Positions 15,301 to 26,055 of a stretch of 64,000 bases of DNA are shown here, one piece after another. The stretch is from Auanema rhodensis. Lineage: Eukaryota > Animalia > Nematoda. Position 1 is the stretch's first letter, and each line of letters opens with the position of its first letter. Made by a program: the position numbers and the translations under genes. The stretch covers positions 14,384,001 through 14,448,000 of the forward strand of contig OZ059896.1 in the NCBI GenBank assembly GCA_964057225.1. The letters run 5' to 3'. Below the pieces are notes generated by a model, which saw nothing but the letters and a program-made list of their open reading frames with translations, was not told where the DNA came from and did no database searches.

Positions 15301-16029
15301 AAGAAGAGAAAAAGGAATCAGAAGAGAAAGAAGGGGATGATGAAGAAAAAACTGATAAGACAGATGATGAGGAGGAAGAAAAGAATAATTCCGAAGAAAA
15401 GAATGAAGATGAAGAAAAGGAAGAAGGTGGAGATAACGAAGATGAGGAGAAGAAGGATGATGACGATGAAGAAAAGACTGAAGATGGTGAAGCCAATGGT
15501 GATGAGAAGGCTGATGAAGAGGAAGGAGAGAAGAACGCTTCAGAAGAGCAAAACAACGAAGATGAGAAGGATGAAGAAACCGATGAAAATACCGAGAAGA
15601 CGGTAATCAAACTCATTATTTCCTTTTAACCTTATAACTTAATTCAGGCTGATGAGGATGAAGAAGCCAAGGATGAGGACGCCAGCGCCGAAGACGAGGA
15701 AGAAGATTCTGAAGAAGGAGAGAAAGGCTTCTTCGGATCCCTCCTTCGAGACCAGTATCACTTGGCTCGTTGGGTATTCGGAGTTACCATTGCTTCTTGT
15801 ATTCTTCTCATCGTCTGTACATGCTGCTACAGACGCGGATTCTGCTGTTGCAAGCCTGTAAGTCACATTAAACCAGAATTTTTGGTTTATAGTATGAAAC
15901 GTCATCTGCATTGAATTCTTTTTTTTTCAGTCTGACACCAAAACAACATCTAACGGAAATCGTTACACCAATGCTAATCGCCCTGAGCTGGTAAGTCAGG
16001 TGCCTGAGAAGGAACGTCTTCGTCAGTGA
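12353..16029 (+). CDS. Putative short, kinase-less isoform of the same receptor, made by reading through the donor at 15991
   Basis: Reading through GTAAGT gives VSQVPEKERLRQ then TGA (16027-16029), followed by 3'UTR-like pyrimidine-rich sequence with AATAAA near 16740. Confidence 0.55.
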
Positions 16030-19000
16030 AGGACGTCATCAGAATAATTCACGTCTATTGACGTCATCTACCATATACTGCATGGTTTACCCAATCAGCA
16101 CAATCACCCTAAACAGTCAAATTCTATAAAGTTTGACTTATTCTCTTTATATTTCCCTCTCTCAGATTTTTATTTTTTTTATTTGGAAAATTGTCTTTTT
16201 CTCTCTCTCTCTCTCGTCTTCATACAACCCGGTTTATATTCCCTCCCATTCTTCTATCCACTTCTTTATACCCATTGATTTATAAAAACAATTATATTTT
16301 AATTTTTCAATTAAATTTCTAGTATAATCTAATATCCATAATTCTTTACTTTAACTATAATTATTTATTTTCTTTTTTTTTAATAACAAATCATCTTTTC
16401 TATTTTCTCTGAATGTATAATCTAGTCAGAAAGTTCATCTGGTCTTTACCAATGTTTCATCAGACCAGATCACACACTCTTTATACTATTTCTCTCTTTT
16501 CTTACTTTTCTATTCTTTATCACTTCATTACAGTTTAAATCTTTTTCTCTTTTATTTTTTGAGAGAAAATGATGCCAAAACACTCTTTTGAAGTTGAAGA
16601 ATGTTGTCATCACATCATCTCGATATTCTCAGCTTCTTCTTATGAGCTTTGACCCTTCTTCCATCCTACTAAATTTACCTTTATATTTTCTTCTTTTTCT
16701 CGTTTTCTTACAATATTTTTATTGAAAATAAGAAAAAAGAATAAATAAAACTTAGCTTCAATCCATTTAAATATGCCTCAAGGCTATTTACCTAATACGG
16801 TTACAGCTTGTCCATGTTATAACTCTCTTAGAATTCAACATCCTTTTTCTCATTTTTTTCATCAAAAATCATGACGTAACAGTTCACAATATTTTTCTTA
16901 TTTCTTTTTTTCTATTTCAAATTGAAAAAAAAAGTTTATTTTTACACAGAAAAAGGGGGCGCATGATTCTAACTCATTCTATAAATTTCACTCATTAACT
17001 ATACCCTATAGCTTGCATTACTATATATTTCGCATGAAATTTATTATAATATAATATTTTTTTCTCAATATCATCACTTCATTATTCTTGTTTATATTTA
17101 GTACAAGAAAATGAATCATTTTATTGACAAAAGAATGAGAAAATATGGAAAATTCTCAAAAAACAAAAAAACAAAATGGGGTATGTAGGCTAGATGAGTT
17201 GAAAGTTGAATGAGAAGCTTTTATTTTGAAATGAAAAACAGATGATTTTCTTATCAACCTGTGTCTAGGAATCATGTACCCTCTTCATTTCTATTTCTTT
17301 TCATCATAAATTCAAATTTTTTTCTTTTTTTTTATTCCCGGAGATCATAGATGATTATACGATGTATAGATTTCATTTTAATTTTTTTTTGTTCATTTGC
17401 TTCTTTTTATTTCAAAGACTTTTCTTTCGTATTGTTTTCTATTTGAATCAAAATCTTACCACATACATACATACATGCGTTGATAAATTGTTTTTGTCTT
17501 TAATTTTTTAAAATTTTTTATGTTTATTTTCAAGTTTGAGAATAATAGAGAAAGAAAGAAAGAAGAAAAACTTTAAAACAATAATATATAAATACAAACA
17601 ATGAAAAATTAAAATGAAAACATCCAGGCACAGGTTTGAAAATTCAAAGAAAATGAAAGGAAAAATGGAAAAAACTGATCTAGCCTCATGCAGTTGTTGA
17701 GCTTTGAATCCAAGTAATAACATCTTCATCACCATTAACTAACTACAATATAAATTATTTATTAATTTAAATAATATTATTATAAAGAAAAGAATGAAAA
17801 TTGTTTACAGACACCACTAACATCAGTTGGTGCAGAGATAATACCTGTAAGTGAAAGTGAACAAAGGATGTTTAAGTAAGTATATTCATTATGTATATAC
17901 TATACATATAACTAATATACGAAACATATAAATTTAACTATTCAGAGATATTCTGATTAGAGCTGAAGCATTAAATCCAACTAAACTTGAAATGGGCTCA
18001 ACTATAGGTAATAAAACTTGAATAAACTTGAAATAATGCGTTTGCTATATTGTGAATGCAACCGATCATCATGAAAATTATTTTTAAAATGAACATTGTT
18101 GTATGCAAATTACTTTAAAATCAAGTTGAATTCATAGGAAGTGGTCGGTTTGGATCGTGGAACAGAGCTTTATTCAACTCTTTCAATGGATCTGTCTTAG
18201 ATGTCGCTGTTTATTCCATCAAAAGTTGGTGATAATCAAAGTTCCAAAGTTATAAAAATGGGTTTTAAGGTCCTATCGATCAATCACCAACAGAGTTTCG
18301 AGCATTAGCTTCATTACTCAAAGAAACTGTAGCCGTTGGAATGCATCCTAATGTTTTATCTCTTAAAGCTGCTCATTTAGATAAGAATGGTCAGCTTGTT
18401 TACAAACTTATAAAAAAACATTTTTGAATTTCAGCATTGGTTTTACTTTGGGAACCTATTTCTCATCCAACTTTGCAAGGAGTTTTGCGTGAAAGTCGTT
18501 GTTCGCGCTTTGGCAGCTCTCCATACAAGACTGCTTCATTCCTATCACCTGAACGTCTTTTATCCATCATGATAGGTATAATTATAAAAGAAATAATATT
18601 TAATAACATAATAAATATTTTCAAAATAGGCTGCACAACCGGAGTTGATCATCTGCTTAAGCGGAACATCTTCCACAGTCATCTAGCAGCTGCTAATGTG
18701 CTTGTAGCTGAACGTGGACAAGTTAAAATTTCAGGATTCGGTCTTGCTGAGACATCAGTTCTTTGTCGTGAACACGAAGCTGTGAGTTTTTTCTTTTCTG
18801 ATCATATGTTTTCTCGTTGTAGAGACCTAGCCCATTACGATGGATGTCACCTGAGCATTTCCGCAGTGACCGCCGACCAGCAAAAGAGAGTCAAATTTGG
18901 TCTTTAGGAGTCTTGCTGTGGGAAGTCATATCACTTGGTAAGAATATTCCCAACTTAGAGCGCTTAATCTAATAGAATAATGCTAATGGGAAAGGATTAA

Positions 19001-19403
19001 TAAGAGACATTCTTAGGTGGTACTCCATATTCCAATGTAAGAACATCTCGTGAAGTGATAGATAGCCTCAGGGATAGTACAGCTAAACTCCAAGAAGTGT
19101 CATACTGTGGAACAGCCTTGTAAGCTGGCTCAAACTTCTATATAATTTTTTTTATTGTTATTCCCTCTTTTTACAGAATGGATCTTATTCATTTCTGTAC
19201 ATCACATGAGCCATCTGCTAGACCAGATCCAGACACCATTCTCAGACGATTAGAATGTATAGCTGCTGATGCTCAGGTCCATCATTAACCTCATAGTCTT
19301 TTAAGATTTTCCAATATTTCAGCATCATATCGACTTACGAATGAAAGAAAATTTCCCATATCTACCCGTATGTACGCAAATCGAACAACAGAAGCTTATA
19401 TGA
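12353..19403 (+). CDS. Single-pass receptor tyrosine pseudokinase, long isoform, ~22 exons: signal peptide, Cys-rich domain, D/E/K-rich stalk, TM helix, dead kinase domain
   Basis: MLSWLGIALLGVAAVS follows a TTTTCAG acceptor. Cys-rich exons at 13251-13679, acidic exon at 15204-15602, TM WVFGVTIASCILLIVCTCC. The phase-0 donor at 15990|GTAAGT joins the phase-0 exon at 17811. Kinase motifs: IGSGRFG, VAVY, HPNVL, HSHLAAANVLV, VKISGFGLA, PLRWMSPE, IWSLGVLLWEVISLGGTPY. Stop TGA at 19401-19403. Confidence 0.85.
12511..12745 (-). mobile_element. Possible truncated retroposon remnant with an (ATTCAG)n 3' tail, inside receptor intron 1
   Basis: A ~200-bp block of higher complexity ends on the minus strand in about five ATTCAG units (plus strand TCTGAA repeats at 12511-12540). 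No recognisable coding motif. Confidence 0.3.
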
Positions 19404-20354
19404 AGCTTGAACGATGTTGAATCTCAAGTTGTGACACACACACATACACATATATACAGACAGACAGATAATTCGAACGGGCAATGATCCGGTGATTTTC
19501 CTATGATATTGGTAGTTAATTGTGATAGAATACATATGTACATATCAATTTAAAGTAGTAAACCTAAGCTTGAGCTTAAGTTGAAGCTAAAACTCCAAAT
19601 GTCAAAGCAACTTTTAAATTTATTAATTCATGACAAATCAACGAATAAATTACTTAAACAATTATAAATTTTCTTTGATTATATTGATATAATAAAGATT
19701 ATATTAGTTGTTTGATATCTATCTTTATTCATCGTATATGTCACATATGTCAAAAACTAAACTAGACTAACTATATGTAAAACTTAAGCTCTTCATCCCA
19801 ATGGCAGACTCGATACTCTTGTTCTCATTTATAGTTTCTTTCTCTCTTACTCTCTCTATTATATTCTCTTCTAACTTCTATAAGGAATGACATTTATTTC
19901 CCATTGGGTCAGCTGTTGTTTCTTCTCAGTCAGTCAGTCAGTCGGCAGGTCGGTCTGTCCATCAGTCGGTCAGGTTAAATCTCACAGACGGTACATAAGA
20001 TCTAAACGCACTTATAGAAAACGTTGAAATTTCACCTATTGATTTAGAAGTTTTATCTATTTTCTATTTCATCTATTCACCTTTACCTAATCTACTCTAA
20101 GCTTGAATTCGTTATTAGCAAAATCATTTGAATGAAATTCTTTTTTTTTATTTTTCATTGAACTCTGATCACATTTTTGTTCTCAAAAATTTGTTTTAAT
20201 CATTTTACTATGTATTGATTGATTTTATGCTATTTCTTTCGTTATTTTAAACCTTTTTTCTCCCCTTTGTTCATGAAAAATCAATTTCATATTTTTGATT
20301 TTTTGATTTCAAAAGGAATTATTTTTCAAAATTTATTCAAATTTTATTCAGTAA

Positions 20355-21404
20355 ATGGATTGTCATTGTAATTATCAGACGAGTTTTATTCAAAATATTT
20401 TTATTTTCATGTAAGTTTATATTAATTAAAATTCTTTATATTAACTATTATTAATATTATATTATATTTATAATAATTAATTGATTTCATAGTTTTTTCT
20501 TTCATTTAGATCAACGTTATGTATTTTCTATACCGGTTTTTCAATCATTTCGGCTATATTTGGAGCTCCGAAATGGTTTTATGATATCAAAAAGTAAATT
20601 TTTTTCATTCCATTTATTTTTATTTTTCTATTTAATTTCAGTTATTTCAAACCATTTTGTGATCGAACCAGACTTAGATGTCGAACTTGTTTCGATTTCA
20701 TTAATTCCATATTCTCATCTAATCGTCCAGCTGTTCGCCTGATTATAGATAGGAAAAATGGAAAATTTCAAGAAGTAAATCTATTAGTTGGAAGTCAATC
20801 TGCTCGAACACGTGGACCTTTGAAGCTTTATCGTTCACCTATTTTACACGAAGTGATTGTTCTAGAAGAGATGAAGCTGAAACATGATTCAGTTGAAGAC
20901 CATATATCCGATGATCTGAAACCGGAAACAACTTATGTTAAGCTTGATGACGAACTTGATCATCCTTTAGCATCAGACTCATTCAATCGCCTTCCAACAT
21001 TATTTGAGAAACCTGAGCAAGAATTATCAGAAGAGAGCATATTGTATGACGTCACCATGACATCATCAGACCCAGCATGGCGCTCAGAGCTTCTTAATTA
21101 CAGTACACCAAAAATAGAAGATGAGAAGATACATCCAGCTAGCTGCTCACCAGTACTAATGAAGAGATCAGATAATCATTTAGATGATTCTGTTGATTCA
21201 ACAACTAGTAATCAATCAGAAAATAATAATAATTATAAAAATAATTCATTACAAAAAATTGAAAATTCAATTGAATCATTTGAATTAACTTCAGTTACTG
21301 AATTACATTTAACAACACAACCATTATCATCTGATGAAGAATTTGAAAAAGTTAATTATAATCAAACAGATAATATAGTAAATCAATTAATTGTTGACAA
21401 ATAA
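20355..21404 (+). CDS. Uncharacterised membrane-anchored protein (3 exons, ~300 aa) with an N-terminal hydrophobic segment and an acidic, low-complexity C-terminus
   Basis: TTATTCAG then ATG 20355: MDCHCNYQTSFIQNIFIFI|STLCIFYTGFSIISAIFGAPKWFYDIK|NYFKPFCDRTRLRC..., continuing in frame into ORF 20820-21404. Confidence 0.75.
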
Positions 21405-21590
21405 ACATATAATTATAACTTTTACAATGATTCTCTCATTCTATTCAATACGGGCAAAATATTTTTTTCTTCTTTTTTTTTTGTTGTTAAAAATCTTTTT
21501 CTATTTAATAATTACTTTAATTATTTATTCATTTAATTGTATATATTTTATTTTTAAAATATATATTGATTAATGATATATCATTCTTCT

Positions 21591-21955
21591 TTAATTCGTT
21601 TTTATTTTACATTTATCGCTGTCAGTTGATTGTAAGAATTTTTCCTTCAATATATTTAATATAGTTTTATATAAATAATTCTTATAATATAAAAATATAT
21701 AAATTCTTTACATACCATATCAATGATTTCATCTGAACGATGTCCTTTAACAGGTCGACCTATGTTTTCCATTGAATTAACTCTGAATAATATAAATTAA
21801 AAAATATATTTTTAAATATCATATAATTAAATATAATTATATGTATATTAAAACCTTTTAATTTTCAATATTTTTCCTTTCTGTAATAAAAAAGTTATTA
21901 AAATAATATAATATATATATTAAATATATACCCTTTTATATTTTAAACAACACAT
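21591..21955 (-). CDS. Small 4-exon gene encoding a ~56-aa basic peptide
   Basis: Exons 21932-21955, 21855-21880, 21716-21782 and 21591-21644 splice in frame: MCCLKYKR|KGKILKIKR|VNSMENIGRPVKGHRSDEIIDM|EKFLQSTDSDKCKIKTN*. TTTTAG lies 3 nt before the ATG. The last acceptor (TTGAAG) is weak. Confidence 0.55.
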
Positions 21956-22296
21956 TCTCTAAAATTTTCACAAAAAATGACAAATGACGTGACACGTGTG
22001 CCATTATTGGTTTATTAGTAGAGCGGTTGCTCATGCTAATTCTAAAATGAACACTTTTGTGACGTGAACTTTGAAAGTTCACGTAAATGAAGAAGGACGA
22101 GTGTAAGATATGCTGGAATATGTTATATGAACTTGATAACAGCATATTATACAACATTATTAAATTAAGTTATATATTATGTTCAAATATGCTTTTGATT
22201 TGTTTATTAAGAAAATGAAAATAAAATTGTATCAATCAAAAAACATTTTATTTTAAAAAAAATTATTATAATACTCACAAATAATATACACAATAA

Positions 22297-22332
<36 letters not shown>

Positions 22333-22357
22333 CAATATTGTAAATAATCTCTTCTCC

Positions 22358-25142
22358 TTAGAAAATGACAGCATTTAAGTTTGGAATCGATGAACATTTG
22401 ATTTGTTTTGAATTACTGAAATATAATATATATATATATATAATTTAATAAATTTAAGAAAAAACGTACAAATCAAAGATATTCTCATTGATGTTTTCCA
22501 TAAATTTACTATTTTGACATAACACCTTAGCCAATTTGCTTCGACGAATAGCGTCAAGTTCTTCTGAAATAGGTGTGATGTACAAATTTGAAGTTAGATT
22601 GAGCTAACCAGGAGTAAAGTTTCCTTCGTGTTCATAATAGAAACGATCACCCTTTTTCAAAGCAGAAAATCCTTCACCAATTATAAATTGACCAGTTAAT
22701 CCGATCTATAATATATAATTTATAAATATTTTAATTATATTATATAGTTAGTTTATTATTATTATTAATTACCAAAGCTCCATTAGTTGGTCTTTCAGAT
22801 AGAAGACCAGCATAAAGATCAATATCATCAACTGTAGCATAAACTGATTGAAGAGCTTTGATGTTCTCTGGATCCATATCGTCCCTCAAATCGTCAAAAC
22901 TCAATGCTCTATTAAGTCCGGTTAAAACTCTGAAATATGTTTATGTTCAATTGATACATCAATGATAACAATTCAAACAAACCTGATTCGATTGTATGGT
23001 AACAAACCAACATCACGACCTCTCATGAGGTTAATAGCAACTAAATCAACTCCAGAAGCCTTTCTACCACGTATAGCAAACATTTCATTACGAATAGGGA
23101 ATGAGAATTTGGTGTCAACTTTTAAGCCTGGCATACGGATCATTCCTGTAAAGATGTATGATATTCTGGAAAAGGGGATGTAAATCTGACGAACCTTCAA
23201 GGAGAGATTCAGTTCCAGCTAAATGTCTATGATATAGAGTATCAGCATAGAAGATATTATCTCCTAAGTTATCTATAGATCCAATTGTTTCATTTCGATT
23301 TGATTTTCTATATATAATCATATGTATTCATATAAATATAGTAAATACCTAATCAAATCATCACGAGCTTGAGAATGTCCAAAACGGAAAGCACTTGCTG
23401 AGAATTCATTAGACAAAGATGGATTCACAGAAGGATCATATTCTAAAGTAAAATATATATTAATCAAATTAATCATTAAATCAATATACTGGTGTATCCA
23501 GATTTTTTAGGTAATAAATCGAAATCTTTCATGACTTTTGGTCCTAAAAGCTTGGGTAGATATGAACTATATACATGATGCTGGTATTGAGCAATCATGA
23601 TTTTACGAGCTTCCTATAAGAATAGTTGATGAATTTCCGTTGAAAACGTAGAATTGTAGATACCTGGAAAAGAGTTTCCTCGTCTAAGCAAGGTTTATGC
23701 TTGAATATTGATTCAGCAATACGATTATGTTCTTGAATATAGATGGTATGAAGGGGAATAAGCCCTGGATGAAGTGTGCTACGGAAATCTCCAGCAACGA
23801 AGCAATTATCTGGTGAAGGAGTACGACAAACTGTATCCTAAACATCATGACAAAAATGAAAATATATGTTATAAGATGAGATTACATTTATTTTTTGGGG
23901 TGGAAGAATATCTTCAAAGTTATGAGAATCTAAGAGCCTTCCTCGTTCAAATGATCTGACAGCTTTTGATTCACATTCCTAAAACATAAAACTTGAGAAA
24001 ATACCACAAGTTGTTAAATGCTACTTCAGATCCATAAACAACAGATAAATCTAGGAAATGAGTATTCTGGTTGATCTGTTGACGAGCACCAAGTCCTGTT
24101 TGTCCGTTCAAAGCACGTGTAAGGCGTAAACAACTAAAAGAATTATTATAATTTATATAATAAAATATAAACTATATAAACATACCTATGAGGAGGGAAG
24201 AATGGATCATCATTTGGTACAGTAATTGGAGCACAATTTGGAGTCATTCTAGCAGATTCACAAGAAGAACAATCAAGTGAATCACCATTTGGACCTATAA
24301 CAAATAATTAAAATTATATTTAAATAATAAAAATAAAGTTGGAAATCCTTATAGTTACCTGTAGAAGCTGGCATGAAGATTACATCATGAGCAATAAATT
24401 GTCCAAATTGCATATGAAAATGATTAGTAGTGAGATCTAAATTGTTTTTAGCTCCCTTAAAATATGAATTTAATTTCAAAATATCAAAGATAAACTTTAA
24501 AACCTCATCATGAATTTTATTTGAAATAAAACGAGCTGATGGTAAATCTTGTCCAGTTGTACTTTTACTACGAATGATACCAATACCTTAAAATTGAATT
24601 GAAATCACTTCATTCAATATATAGAAAGGTATACAAAGGTTTTTTGAGCAAATTTTTAAGGAAATATCAAATAACTGAAAGTAAAGAAGTCAAGAAACTG
24701 ACCATCTTCATATGAATTTCCATTGGCTAATCGTCTAGTTGGAGATACAGCACTACCAAGACGTGATCTAACCTTGTTATTACATATACCAGTTATACTT
24801 CTATACATCTCACTAAAATGAAATAACTATAACATATAGTTAGTTATTGAAATTATAATAATTGAAGAAGAATAAGATCAAAAATATCCATAAATATATG
24901 TATGAAAACAAGATGTTTCATCGTTCTTTAAGGTTTTTTTTATCGTTTTTTGGAGTTTTGATTGTCATTTTCGATAATTTGCATATTCAAATAGAATTCT
25001 ATTCCATATTCTATCAGATTTTGATTGAAAAAAGGCACCTCCTCTATCAGCAGAATAGTTCGTTTTCATAACTGCTTCCCGTTACCATTGTACCTACCTT
25101 CATGTACATGTAGTTGATGTAACTTCAAACTCTCTTTTACTC

Positions 25143-25238
<96 letters not shown>

Positions 25239-26055
25239 TTTTAAATGTTTAATGTTAAATTCATTCTTTTTAGAACACATTTAGTAATTTATTTCTTTTT
25301 ATATTCAATATCAATAGAGATATTAGATGATCAAAAAAATAAAGTCTTACTGAAATTTGTCGTTACAATCAGCGATATCTCTCTTACATCCTGTCTCATG
25401 TCGTACAGTTTGATTACGAGCAGGTCTAGCTGTAGTAGTACTAGGAGAACGATGTCTAGATCTACGTCGTAGAGCATGGGGGGATCCTTGTGCCGGTAGA
25501 GCGTTACGCTTAGCACGAAGTTGAGTCTCACGTGAAATGATAAGACCGTCAATATCAATTTCTTCCAATTCAGGAAGGATTTTTTCACCATTTTCATCAA
25601 TTAAAACCTGAATTACTATTAAAACTTAAACATTGAAAGTTTCCAGCTTACTTTTGTAATTTCAGCATATAAATCTCCTCGTAATTGGTGCAATTGTGAA
25701 GTTGGATTAGCTTTCTGTGAATCTCTTTCATCTTAAAACAAAATTATTTTGAAAAAAATTAAAAAGTTGATAATACCTGTCATATTAGCCACCATTCCAT
25801 TACGTTCAAGTACAATGATACCAGCTTTATCTATAGCTTCAACAACTTTCTTTTCAGTGTCAGTTAAAGCATTACTAAAATTAAAATATAATTATATTCT
25901 ACGTGAAGTTTCACGTGAAATTTAAATTTACAAAATTAATTGTAAAATAATTTTTTTATCAAATAATTTTTTAATTTATATCATATAAATTAAAAAAAAA
26001 AGACTTACCATATGAGAATAATTGAAAAAATTTGAAATAAAGTTCGAAATGTCAT
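22358..26055 (-). CDS. Secreted animal heme peroxidase (peroxidase-cyclooxygenase superfamily), ~19 exons
   Basis: Signal peptide MTFRTLFQIFSIILICNA. Motifs: YRSITGICNN, LPSARFIS, QFGQFIAHD (distal His), RQQINQNTHFLDLSVVYGS, AGDFR...EHNRIA, AFRFGHS (proximal His), DLVAINLMRGRDVGL, DIDLYAGLLSE, GDRFYYE. Stop TAA at 22358-22360. Confidence 0.96.
25141..25235. repeat. (CT)n microsatellite in a peroxidase intron
   Basis: Directly visible, lightly interrupted. Confidence 0.95.

Noticed and set aside
15200-15616. Ser/Phe-rich minus ORF and Lys/Arg/Met-rich alternative plus ORF
   Set aside because: Shadow frames of the acidic receptor exon.
19563-19590. AAGCTT/AAGCTA telomere-like hexamers (also at ~38657)
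   Set aside because: Too short and degenerate to call interstitial TTAGGC repeats.
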